This document shows positions 1 to 11,682 of a stretch of 32,000 bases of DNA, piece after piece. Source of the stretch: Cuniculiplasma divulgatum (lineage in GTDB: Archaea > Thermoplasmatota > Thermoplasmata > Thermoplasmatales > Thermoplasmataceae). Each line of letters begins with the position of its first letter. Position 1 is the first letter of the stretch. A program made the position numbers and the translations under genes. The DNA lies in the NCBI RefSeq assembly GCF_900083515.1, contig NZ_LT671858.1:120001-152000 (forward strand), given 5' to 3'. Below the pieces are notes generated by a model, which was given only the letters and a program-made list of their open reading frames with translations, ran no database searches and was not told where the DNA came from.

Positions 1-1768
1 TGAATATGGTTCCATCTGGCTTTTCCTGAATTGCTGGACAGTGAAAATCATCAATGCAGTTTCTGCAAAGGCTGCATTTTTCAGTGTTGATCTGATACTT
101 CAGTCTCCGTGCCTTTTCTTCTCTGTTTATGAGGGCACATTCTCCTCTTGTTATAACAACTGTAATCCCAGAGGATTTTAACGCTTTCATGGTTGTAAGC
201 ATGAGCTCTTTCTGGTTATAACTGCTTGCAGTTATAACATCCTTTACACCGCATGCCCTGATCATTCCCTCAAGTGGAATTCCTGTGAATTCTTCACCGT
301 TTACAACCGCATCCTTCTCTGGTGTTGGTTCCTGACCAGTCATTGCAGTGGTGCTGTTATCCAAAATGAATATTAGCATGTTAGCTCCTGATCTTACTGC
401 ATTTGCCAGAGCGGTTATGCCTGAATGGTAAAATGTTGAATCACCGATGAACGATACCACTCTCTGTCCTGTGGCGAGGCTTATGCCTGAACCGGTGGAG
501 ATGGACGCTCCCATATCAAGCATCGTATCTCCAGCAGAGTATGGCTCATAGTAACCAAGTGAATAACATCCGATATCTGAGGTGATCACAGTCTGCGGCT
601 TTCCTGCAAGTTTTAGTGCCCTCTTTATTGTGTAGAAGGATGATCTGTGAGGACATCCGGGGCAGAAATCAGGTCTGGAAGCAGGCTTGGGGATTGATGT
701 GTCTTCAATATTAAGGCCAAGTATCTTCCTGATGCCATTTTTTACAATGTCCGGGTTCATCTCATATGACCATGGCATATATTCATCCAGCTTTCCGTGA
801 ATGATTGCACCACTGCCAAGAATATCCCTGTATGTCCTTATCTTTGTCTCAAGATATGGATCAAGTTCTTCAACAATAAGAACAATATCATTTTCCTTCA
901 GGAATTGAGCCGTTATTTCCTGTGGGATTGGATTGGTAAGCCCAAGTTTCAGCACATTCATTTCAATACCCATAGAAAAGATCGCATCAGTGGATTGGTT
1001 ATACGAGGACCCTGAGGTGATTATACCAATTCTGGAACTCCCATATCGCTCAATTCTGTTGAGTGAGGAGAAGAAGCTATCATTTCCTAGAAGAGCCATC
1101 TTATGCAGCAGATCATTTTTCAGAATACGTGCATTGGAAGGGATGGCCGTTGTCCTGTTTCTAATGCTTTTTACATCAATATTCTTCCTCTGAGCATTCA
1201 TGATTTCTCCAAGTTCCACTGGCGCTCTCATGTGGCTTACCCTTGTTGATGTCCTGTATAAGACAGGTATGGAATATTTCTCTGATATCTCAAAAACAAA
1301 TTTCACAAAGTCCTTGCATTCCTGCGGAGTTGACGGCTCTATCATCGGAGCATGTGCAAGATCAGCATATCTTCTGGAATCCTGTTCATTCTGAGAAGAA
1401 AACATTGATGGATCATCCGCAACCATTACCATCATCCCAGCGCCAATTCCAGTATAAACTGAACTGACAAATGGATCAGAGGCAACATTCAATCCAACGT
1501 GCTTCATGAACACAGAAGATCTTAGACCTGCAAGGGAGGCGCCATAGGCGGTCTCATATGCAACCTTCTCATTTATTGAATACTGGAAATAGGATCCATT
1601 CTTACTTCCATCCCGTGCCATAACATTCCCAATTTCGCTGGAAGGTGTTCCAGGATAGGTTGCAGAGAACCCATTTCCATTCTCCAGAAGACCTCTTGCA
1701 ATGGCCTCATTACCAAGCATTAGCTTTTTATTGCCATTTTCAACCCTCAAGGTTTCGGAAAGAATCAT
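1..1768 (-). CDS. iorA: Indolepyruvate:ferredoxin oxidoreductase alpha subunit; the C-terminus runs off the left window edge
   Basis: The minus-strand frame is open from the ATG at 1768-1766 to position 1. It is absent from the supplied track because no stop lies inside the window. My translation starts MILSETLRVENGNKKLMLGNEAIARGLLENGNGFSATYPGTPSSEI. It contains the TPP-binding-type motif FIGDSTFYHSG and a ferredoxin-like Cys cluster CSLCRNCIDDFHCPAI near the edge. This is the typical IorA architecture. Confidence 0.85.
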   Translation of the reverse strand, partial: MILSETLRVENGNKKLMLGNEAIARGLLENGNGFSATYPGTPSSEIGNVMARDGSKNGSYFQYSINEKVAYETAYGASLAGLRSSVFMKHVGLNVASDPFVSSVYTGIGAGMMVMVADDPSMFSSQNEQDSRRYADLAHAPMIEPSTPQECKDFVKFVFEISEKYSIPVLYRTSTRVSHMRAPVELGEIMNAQRKNIDVKSIRNRTTAIPSNARILKNDLLHKMALLGNDSFFSSLNRIERYGSSRIGIITSGSSYNQSTDAIFSMGIEMNVLKLGLTNPIPQEITAQFLKENDIVLIVEELDPYLETKIRTYRDILGSGAIIHGKLDEYMPWSYEMNPDIVKNGIRKILGLNIEDTSIPKPASRPDFCPGCPHRSSFYTIKRALKLAGKPQTVITSDIGCYSLGYYEPYSAGDTMLDMGASISTGSGISLATGQRVVSFIGDSTFYHSGITALANAVRSGANMLIFILDNSTTAMTGQEPTPEKDAVVNGEEFTGIPLEGMIRACGVKDVITASSYNQKELMLTTMKALKSSGITVVITRGECALINREEKARRLKYQINTEKCSLCRNCIDDFHCPAIQEKPDGTIF

Positions 1769-1893
1769 GGTTATAAATAAAACTTGAGATTATTTCTATT
1801 ACGAGGCTGATATATGAGGCTAAACCGGCATGCTCCTCATTCGCACGGCACAATAAATATGCAGAAAATCTTATCTCCCTGAAGTTTTATTCC

Positions 1894-2882
1894 TCACGAG
1901 TTTTCAATCCTTTCATTCAACCAGCTTAAAATATTATTGGGGGCTTCCTCATCAAGTATTCTATCTGAAGAATTATAGTTCAGAGAAACATACTGTGCTG
2001 ATAATTTTTCCAGAGGAAGCTCCTCATGTTTCAGCAAATGATTTGCATTCTCCGGAAAAACGAAAGAGGTGTTCATATTTTCAGAAAGCGACTTCTTTAG
2101 CATATTTCCATCATCATTCCAGCTTACCTGAATATCCTTCTTTCCAATCAGCACCATTATGGGATCCTTAACTATACTGATGTGATCACCAAGATTGTAT
2201 GCCCAAAATTCCCTAGAAAATGGTAAATTTATGGGTGTTTCTAAGCTGGAAATTAGTTGTTTCATTAGCAATGGCAGATCATCATTTACTGTAACAGGTT
2301 TCTCTGAGATAAATTCCCTTATGGCAAGATCATATGCTTTCATAATTGTATCTGCATTTGGCAGTTTTCCAAACTGTGACAAAAGCTGGCTTCTGGCAAC
2401 ATCTCCAACAGATCTTCCATGTGGACCTGTAAGAATGAAACCCCTGAAATTTTTTCAAAATTCCCAAGCTGGTAATTAACCGCATGTATGGCACCTTCAC
2501 TGTTTGTTAGAGCGAATATAAGGTCCATGTTAACTCCATCCTCCCCGGAAAGTTTTTCAAAAGCACCATGTAATTCATCTGCAAAATATTGCATATTTAC
2601 CCTGCCTGCAAACTTCTGAATATTCTCCTTTGCATGTACACCAGAACCGGCCTTATCGTATCTTAGGGTTACAAATCCATTTTCAGCCAGTCTTTCTGCA
2701 ATTAACCTTCCACTTCCATTAGATCCTGGAAGAAGCGGAGAGCACCAGTCCCTATCAGTAGATCCGCTGCCTGCCAGAAGGATCACAGCGGGAAGATTCT
2801 CTCCTGCGACTGGTCTGGTAATGGTCCCATAGATATCAATATCATGAACCCTCCACTGAACTTCCTTACTCTGTATCTCCAT
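1894..2882 (-). pseudogene. Alpha/beta-fold hydrolase broken by a single frameshift in a homopolymer run
   Basis: ORF 2340..2882 carries the N-terminal half (AVILLAGSGSTDRDW, nucleophile elbow LTNSEGA). ORF 1894..2382 carries the C-terminal half (LIGKKDIQV Asp strand, NANHLLKHEE His). The second frame reads back as GFILTGPHGRSVGDVARSQLL up to a TGA that lies inside the run GAAAAAAT (T6 at 2450..2455 on the + strand). Adding one A fuses the two halves in frame. Confidence 0.7.
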
Positions 2883-3055
2883 GGTATTCCTTTTATGCTT
2901 CTATACCCCTGTTAGGAATAAACATTTCCAAACCTGATTAATCGCATCAGAAATGAAAATTCATAACCAAAGTTCTATTTTATGGAAAATGATTGAAAAT
3001 CGAACCATGTTTAAAGGCACCAGAAAATTTAAGCCATGCCTGTCCATGTAAATAT

Positions 3056-4648
3056 ATGTCAAACAGGTATGAATTGACCATAGACAAGATATTGATAAGC
3101 TCAGTGAGAAACAACCCTGACCAGATCATTTCTTACCAGGGAAGGGAAAACATAACATATAAAGAATTCAATGATAGGGTAAGAAACCTTGCATTTTCAT
3201 TATTAAAAATGGGTATCAGGAAGGGTGACAGGATCGCTGTGATTGACTGGGACACCACAAGATATCTGGAAGCATACTATGCAATTCCCATGATTGGGGC
3301 TGTACTGCACACTGTAAATATAAGATATCCACCTGAAATGATATTCTATTCCATGCAGCATGCAGAGGACAGATATGTGATCATAAGGGATGAATTCGTA
3401 CCTCTTATTGCACAGAATAAGGCTATGTTTTCTTTTATCAGAAAGTGGATTGTATATTCAGAAAGTGGAAAAATTCCAGGTACTTTAGAGCCTTCTGTGA
3501 ATTTTGATGATCTTGTAAAAAGCCAGGACCCTGTGAAACTTCCAGAAATAACAGAAGACACAATCGCAACAACTTTCTATACATCAGGAACAACAGGTCT
3601 TCCCAAGGGTGTTTCATTTACACACAGGCAGATTGTGCTACATGCACTGGCTTCCATAGCAGGACTCAGCGATCAGCCCATTGGATTGAAGAGCAGTGAT
3701 GTTATGATGCCCCTTGTACCCATGTTCCATGTTCATTCGTGGGGGATTCCATATTCCACCATAATGAAGGGAATGAAATATATTCTTCCTGGAAGATACG
3801 ATGTACCACTGATTCTCAGTATAATGAAGAAGGAAAAGGTCACTGTAAGTGCCATGGTTCCCTCAATCCTATACATGATCATAAGTAATCCAGATGCTTC
3901 CGGGGCGTTGAAAGAAAATCACCTGAAAGTCATAGTTGGAGGAGGGGCCATTCCAAAAGGGCTTGCAGTTAAGGCAAGCTCTATTGGGATCGATACAGTG
4001 GCCGGTTATGGAATGTCTGAAACCGCTCCAATTCTAACTCTTGGAACATATACACAGAAAGTCATGGAAATGGATGAACAGAAGAAATCTGAGTTCAGGA
4101 TAAAGACAGGTGTACCAATAAGTCTTGTTGATCTAAGGGTTGTTGATAGGGAAGGTAAGGAGGTTCCATGGGATACAAAATCAATTGGCGAAATAGTAGT
4201 CAGGGCACCATGGTTAACTCAGGAATACGTAAAGGATAAGGAAGGAACAGAAAAACTCTGGAATAACGGATGGATGCACACTGGCGATCTGGCAGTTGTT
4301 GACAGTTATGGTTATATATCAATAGTGGACAGGGAGAAGGACGCAGTAAAATCTGGAGGTGAATTCATCCCAACACTTGTTCTGGAGGATCTTATCAGTA
4401 CTGCTACAGGTGTAAATGAGGTTGCAGTTGTGGGAAGAAGTCATGAGAAATGGGGTGAAAGGCCTGTTGCCTTCATAACAGTAAATGATAAGTTCAACCT
4501 TGAAAACCTGAAAAAACATATGGAGTCATATGTTGAATCAGGAAGGATAGCCAAATTCTGGCTGCCGGATGATTATATGGTGATAAAGGAATTCACAAAG
4601 ACAAGTACTGGCAAGATAGACAAAAAACCACTGAGGAAAAATCTATAA
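3056..4648 (+). CDS. AMP-forming acyl-CoA synthetase / fatty-acid-CoA ligase
   Basis: Contains the AMP-binding signature FYTSGTTGLPKGV, then GYGMSETAP, the hinge region WMHTGDLA, and a C-terminal TSTGKIDKK. The track ORF starts at a TTG at 2993. The in-frame ATG at 3056 (MSNRYELTIDKIL) is the more plausible start. Confidence 0.88.
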   Translation: MSNRYELTIDKILISSVRNNPDQIISYQGRENITYKEFNDRVRNLAFSLLKMGIRKGDRIAVIDWDTTRYLEAYYAIPMIGAVLHTVNIRYPPEMIFYSMQHAEDRYVIIRDEFVPLIAQNKAMFSFIRKWIVYSESGKIPGTLEPSVNFDDLVKSQDPVKLPEITEDTIATTFYTSGTTGLPKGVSFTHRQIVLHALASIAGLSDQPIGLKSSDVMMPLVPMFHVHSWGIPYSTIMKGMKYILPGRYDVPLILSIMKKEKVTVSAMVPSILYMIISNPDASGALKENHLKVIVGGGAIPKGLAVKASSIGIDTVAGYGMSETAPILTLGTYTQKVMEMDEQKKSEFRIKTGVPISLVDLRVVDREGKEVPWDTKSIGEIVVRAPWLTQEYVKDKEGTEKLWNNGWMHTGDLAVVDSYGYISIVDREKDAVKSGGEFIPTLVLEDLISTATGVNEVAVVGRSHEKWGERPVAFITVNDKFNLENLKKHMESYVESGRIAKFWLPDDYMVIKEFTKTSTGKIDKKPLRKNL

Positions 4649-4717
4649 AAATCCCAAAAAACACTTATCTAGAGGAAATACCAAAACATTATTTACTATT
4701 TTTTCGAATTCTCTGTC

Positions 4718-6358
4718 ATGAAATTACAAAACGGTTCGGATGGCATATATCTCCTGTATGAAAATTATGAAGCCATGAAGAAGGAAAGTCTCCATGGTAC
4801 AATCTATACTCTGAAGCCACTTTATGAATGCAGACTTGAAATACACATACCCCTAATTAATATACAATTTTCATGGTTCACCACCTCTGGAAGGAGCAAT
4901 GGGCTTGAACCAGACTGGAACGGAGAAGTGAAGATAAGGCCAAACATTAACATTCCAGTCATTTCATTCTATAATCAAAAAGGGAAAAACTCATGCACTG
5001 TAGCAATATCAGACTGCCTCAACCCCATTAATATATCCTATGGAGTAAGTGAAGAGGATAAAGAAATCATAATAAAAATAAAAAGAAAATCACAGGATTC
5101 TTTCAGCGTTCTCCTGAGCACATCAGGGGAAGAGATTACAGACGTCATATTTTCCGCATCCTCATGGGTTAGTTCATTTTATCCAAAGCCTGTTATCCCT
5201 AATGAATCGGAATCCATAGTATATTCAACATGGTACTCCATGCACCAGAATGTTAGTCAGGAAGCCGTGGAGCAAGAAGCTAAGTTAGCAAAAAAAATTG
5301 GGTTTGAATCTGTATTTCTAGATGATGGATGGCAGACATCGGACAACAGAAGAGGGTATAAATATACAGGTGACTGGGAATTCGACAGGTCAAAATTTCC
5401 AGATCCTGTAGGTCATGTAAAAAGGATACACCAATTAAATTTAAATTACGTAGTCTGGATTGCACTTCCATTCATTGGCAAGGAATCAAAAATATTCAAT
5501 AAATTTAATAAGAAACTGCTGAGAGTCAATGAAGGATGGGGCACAGGCATAGTGGACCCTTTAGATCAGGAAACGACAGATTATATTAAAGAAAGGGTAA
5601 ATTATCTTGTAAAACTGGGTTTTGACGGTCTAAAGGTTGATTTTATAGACTCAATAATAGATCCTGATGACAGGGATGATGTTTACAGGAAAATACCAGA
5701 GTTTCTGAGAGAGACACTGGGTCCAGCCAATGGGAAGTTAATAGAGTTCAGGCAGAGATACATCTCTCCCATAATGCTGCAATATTGCAATATGATAAGA
5801 TCTGCAGATTGTCCAGGGGATCATATAGAAAACAGGATCAGATCCTTAAGCACAAGACTGATATCCGGTATAGTTCCGGTACACAGTGATCCACTTATGT
5901 GGAACAGTGAAGACTCAATGGAAAACATATCCTTTGCATTTATAAACGTGCTATTTACGGTACCACAGATATCTGTAATGCTGAAAGAACAGAAGAGTGA
6001 AAATCTGGAAGTTTTGAGAAAATGGATAGAATTCTGGAAGGAACACAGATTAACTTTACTCCATGGAAAGATAAGTGTTAAACATATGGAATTGAATTTC
6101 CCTACCGTCTCTTCAATAATAAACAATCAAAAGATCACTGTTTGTTATTCACCAATTCCAGTTAATGTGGATGGAAAGGAAGAAATCATAATTAATTCAT
6201 CCGGTAGTAATTTACTGCTTGAAAGCGAAACTGAGGCTGTATACACAGTTAAGGACTGCAATTTCCAGGAAGTTGGAAAAGGAAGGCTTTCGACAGGTTT
6301 AAATCGCATATCAACTCCATTTTGCGGTCAGATTTATATTGAAACCTCAAAGATTTAA
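4718..6358 (+). CDS. Glycoside hydrolase, alpha-galactosidase-like (clan GH-D / GH36-like TIM barrel)
   Basis: 546-aa ORF with FESVFLDDGWQ...YTGDWEFDRSKFPD followed by LGFDGLKVDFID. This resembles the DDGW and K-x-D catalytic regions of melibiase-type enzymes. Family assignment is by motif resemblance only. Confidence 0.5.
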   Translation: MKLQNGSDGIYLLYENYEAMKKESLHGTIYTLKPLYECRLEIHIPLINIQFSWFTTSGRSNGLEPDWNGEVKIRPNINIPVISFYNQKGKNSCTVAISDCLNPINISYGVSEEDKEIIIKIKRKSQDSFSVLLSTSGEEITDVIFSASSWVSSFYPKPVIPNESESIVYSTWYSMHQNVSQEAVEQEAKLAKKIGFESVFLDDGWQTSDNRRGYKYTGDWEFDRSKFPDPVGHVKRIHQLNLNYVVWIALPFIGKESKIFNKFNKKLLRVNEGWGTGIVDPLDQETTDYIKERVNYLVKLGFDGLKVDFIDSIIDPDDRDDVYRKIPEFLRETLGPANGKLIEFRQRYISPIMLQYCNMIRSADCPGDHIENRIRSLSTRLISGIVPVHSDPLMWNSEDSMENISFAFINVLFTVPQISVMLKEQKSENLEVLRKWIEFWKEHRLTLLHGKISVKHMELNFPTVSSIINNQKITVCYSPIPVNVDGKEEIIINSSGSNLLLESETEAVYTVKDCNFQEVGKGRLSTGLNRISTPFCGQIYIETSKI

Positions 6359-6519
6359 TCGCAACTTTCATTTTCAAATTAAAGGAGTAAATATTCTAAA
6401 ATTTCTATATAAAAAATAGGAAAACAACTTTTGATTAATATGAACCTTTTATCCCACGATCAGTTACAGTTCATTCCACAATTTTTAGATAGAGTGGGAA
6501 AATTGAGTTTTTATCTGAT

Positions 6520-8694
<2,175 letters not shown>

Positions 8695-8733
8695 TCATAT
8701 TCAACTCCATTTTACAAGATTAACTTAGTATTA

Positions 8734-8752
8734 GATAATAATAATTATAATC
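8734..8752. promoter_or_regulatory. Fur/PerR-box-like 19-mer in the katG promoter
   Basis: GATAATAATAATTATAATC matches the classical Fur box GATAATGATAATCATTATC at 16 of 19 positions. It lies 40-58 nt upstream of the katG ATG. On the gene strand it sits just downstream of a TTTAAATA TATA-like box (8753-8760). Caveat: this is AT-rich, low-complexity sequence. Confidence 0.3.
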
Positions 8753-8824
8753 TATTTAAAGGTTGTCAGAATCTCTTCATCTTAATATATACCTAATATT
8801 TTTCAGGGAAAGTAATTAATGAAA

Positions 8825-9256
8825 TCATTTCTTTTTTAATGCGTTTTTCTCATTCATATCAATGATCTGCAAAATAACACTGGTAAGTTTTTTCTCATCA
8901 ATAGTATCATTCTCAAAATAATCAACCGCCCTTACAGTTTTGCTGTCCATTCTTGAATTGAATAATCCATCTTGGTCCACGACTTTTACTCCCTTAGGGA
9001 ATGTTAACCTTACCGAATTCTTCAAAATGTTACCAAAGCAGATTATGCCATTATATGACCATACAGGGATGCCTGCTGGATTGCTCGGCTTTTTCCATTT
9101 TACCTCTTCATATATTCTTGGATCTGTCTCATTTATGACCTTCCGGATCTTAATTAGGATTTCTCCCTTCCAGGTCCTCTCTTCTTTTATTATTTTATCT
9201 ATTTGCATTGAGGCAGATTTGTTTTCTTCAGGATTGTTAATACCTCCTTTATCCAT
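8825..9256 (-). CDS. DUF1801 (YdhG-like) domain protein
   Basis: 143-aa ORF. The pattern ...ILIKIRKVINETDPRIYEEVKWKKPSNPAGIPVWSYNGIICFGNILKNSVRLTFPKG... resembles the DUF1801 core (E-x-xKW..P.....G.i........v.l.F.kG). Resemblance recalled from memory, not searched. Confidence 0.55.
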   Translation of the reverse strand: MDKGGINNPEENKSASMQIDKIIKEERTWKGEILIKIRKVINETDPRIYEEVKWKKPSNPAGIPVWSYNGIICFGNILKNSVRLTFPKGVKVVDQDGLFNSRMDSKTVRAVDYFENDTIDEKKLTSVILQIIDMNEKNALKKK

Positions 9257-9474
9257 TATTCACATCGCCACTAGAGGAACAATCTTATTATCTATAAATA
9301 TTTGAATTTTTTACTAAATAAGGACTTACATAAAAATATACCTAACAAGACGAAGTGAATAAAGAGAGTTACCAAAAAGCATTGAAAGAAGAGGAAAAGA
9401 TGCTCTTATGAACTGGGGTTCTAAAGCAACTTTGAAGCATTTGTCAAAATTAAATATTACTGGGTATGAGGTAC

Positions 9475-9530
9475 TTACAAAAAGTATTTCATTTGTAAAC
9501 GAAAGTGTGAGTCTACTGCCTCACACTTTC
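9475..9530 (-). terminator. Two adjacent stem-loops at the 3' end of the 119-aa gene
   Basis: GAAAGTGTGAG-tctactgc-CTCACACTTTC (9501..9530) is a perfect 11-bp stem that overlaps the stop codon. TTACAAA-aagtatttca-TTTGTAA (9475..9498) has a 7-bp stem, and its loop reads CTTTTTG on the gene strand. Confidence 0.4.
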
Positions 9531-9872
9531 TACCTTGTGGAATTTCTTCTCTGAGAATTTTCTGAAGTTTCTCAGCCCCTTGGAGAAATCCAGTGCACTG
9601 GGTTTCAGGTAGAGATCTATATATTCCACAATGTCCATCTCATTGTCCCTTGCCTCTTCTGAGATTTTTGCCACAAGGTATGGAATAATATTTTTTGCCT
9701 CCCAAATGGACAGATCGTACTTCCTGAAAACTTCGAAGATGTCCTCAGAAATTTCATCCATCTGGATCATTGTGTCCCTTGTCACAACATCTCTGGTATG
9801 GGTGGACTTACTCTCGCTGACCAAACTCTTTCCATCTTTTTCGGTTTCCTTTATCTCTTTTACTTCTGCCAT
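9513..9872 (-). CDS. Hypothetical small acidic protein
   Basis: 119-aa ORF preceded by a strong Shine-Dalgarno sequence (AAAGGAGGTGAAAAAATG on the gene strand) and followed by the stem-loops above. No family recognised. Confidence 0.6.
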   Translation of the reverse strand: MAEVKEIKETEKDGKSLVSESKSTHTRDVVTRDTMIQMDEISEDIFEVFRKYDLSIWEAKNIIPYLVAKISEEARDNEMDIVEYIDLYLKPSALDFSKGLRNFRKFSEKKFHKVESVRQ

Positions 9873-10055
9873 TTTTTCACCTCCTTTGAGGCAATATAGT
9901 AATTCTAAACTTCTATAAAAACATATCGCAAATTAGGCTTATTGTTAATATATTTTTCTTACTAATTTAAACATCATATCATTGAAATTAACAGTAATGT
10001 TATTCCATACACACAAGTACCGGAATGGATCAAAGGATTACAAAGAAAACTTGCC

Positions 10056-11135
10056 CTAAGAAACCTCAATGAGGTCTTTTGGGGGCTTCTGGGTAAGAAG
10101 TTCAAATCCATCATTCTTAACCAAAACGTCGTCCTCTATCCTCACGCCTCCGTACCCGGGGATGTATATTCCTGGTTCTACTGTAACAGCCATGTCTTTT
10201 TTCAAATCAAAATCATAACCACCAAATGCTGGGTGATCGTGAACATCAAGACCTATTCCATGTCCAACACCATGCATTAGCATCCCCTTATAGGGAGAAC
10301 TGTCTATAATTTCATATGATTTTGCATTGACATCCCTTCCATTTACCCCCTGTTTGATCATGTTCATGCTTGACTTCTGTGCATCAAACACTATGCTGTA
10401 TATCTCTTTTTGTTTCTCCGTTGCTCTTCCAAACACTGAAGTTCTTGTTGTATCTGCATGATATCTTTCAAACGCTGCTCCGTAGTCAGTAAGGACAAAA
10501 TCACCAGATTTTAATTTTCTATTTCCTGGAGAATGGTGTGGTTCAGATGCATTTGAACCAAAACAAACAATCGTGCTGAATGAAGGCTCTGATGCACCAT
10601 TTGACATCATTAGATATACCATATATGCTGAAAGTTCCGTTTCAGTCATACCTTCTTTCAGATGATTCATTGAAGCATCGTATATCTCACTGCTAATTCT
10701 GGCAGCTTCTCTCAGCTTTCTTATTTCAGTTTCATCCTTTATCATCCTTGCCTCCGCGATGTTCCTTGACACATCTACAAGCTCTGCATTTCCTGTTGTT
10801 TTCCTGACACTTTCAAACATGTTTACGGTTAGGGAATCTTTGTTAACACCTATTTTAGTTTGACCACGTAACTCCCTTTGAATCATATCATTCATCTGTG
10901 CTGAAGACTTTGCAACATGTACTTCATGGTCTGTTGACCTTGCTATCTGTTCCTCAAGTTCATATACGAACATCTGAATGTGATCTCTATCTGCAATAAT
11001 TGATGAACCCTCGAACAACCCTCCGTTTACCTGTGAAAGGTAGAAAAAAGAACGGTCAATGGCATTCTCACCACCGTTCTTTATGAGAATCTTTTCAACT
11101 CCATCCAGATTTTTAAAAATATCCTTAACTGTCAT
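10056..11135 (-). CDS. M24 family Xaa-Pro aminopeptidase / prolidase
   Basis: Metal-ligand motifs of the pita-bread fold are present: DYGAAFERYHADTTRT, HGVGHGIGLDVHD, VEPGIY and GGVRIEDDVLV. Confidence 0.9.
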   Translation of the reverse strand: MTVKDIFKNLDGVEKILIKNGGENAIDRSFFYLSQVNGGLFEGSSIIADRDHIQMFVYELEEQIARSTDHEVHVAKSSAQMNDMIQRELRGQTKIGVNKDSLTVNMFESVRKTTGNAELVDVSRNIAEARMIKDETEIRKLREAARISSEIYDASMNHLKEGMTETELSAYMVYLMMSNGASEPSFSTIVCFGSNASEPHHSPGNRKLKSGDFVLTDYGAAFERYHADTTRTSVFGRATEKQKEIYSIVFDAQKSSMNMIKQGVNGRDVNAKSYEIIDSSPYKGMLMHGVGHGIGLDVHDHPAFGGYDFDLKKDMAVTVEPGIYIPGYGGVRIEDDVLVKNDGFELLTQKPPKDLIEVS

Positions 11136-11682
11136 AGATTACAATTATTCATTGTTTAATTTATTTTCCTAAATTAAGTATGCAGGTACACTAGTTCAGC
11201 AAATCATTTGCCTCACACCATGATATAATAACTTAAAATATACTATAAAAATATTATCATACTGAAGTACTGTATTTCATCAGGTTTTAAATGCGTCTAC
11301 AGTCTGGTATGTTGGATAAATTCATTAAGAATACCATAAATAATAGAATTGCTGATAAGTTGAAGGATGAATATTATGTTTAATTGGGGCATTACCATTT
11401 AAAACGTAAAATTTCATTCTGGCAGAACTAACACCTATAAATGCATGACAATTCTTTCTATAGGAACCATCTTTAGTTTTTTTAGACCATCCTTAATTGT
11501 GATTCGCAAACGACAGAATATACCAGGTTGAAATATATCTAAGAGTAGTGATGATAGGGTAGGCAGTGCACTGTTCTTCACCGGTGTATGGCACAACGTG
11601 TTCAACATGGGCAAGTCTTAGAATAGAGTCACACACTTCTGTTCCAAGAAAAATATTAATACAACGAGTTGTTCATATATAT

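Noticed and set aside
797-1467. Four short + strand ORFs (797..1015, 933..1193, 1200..1394, 1243..1467)
   Set aside because: They lie antisense within the long, motif-bearing iorA frame and have low-complexity, unrecognisable translations.
2993-3055. N-terminal extension of the acyl-CoA synthetase from the TTG at 2993, and the similar GTG extension at 11566..11682
   Set aside because: The extensions are Cys/His-rich, unlike either protein family, and start at non-ATG codons. In-frame ATGs at 3056 and 11683 give family-typical or signal-peptide-like N-termini.
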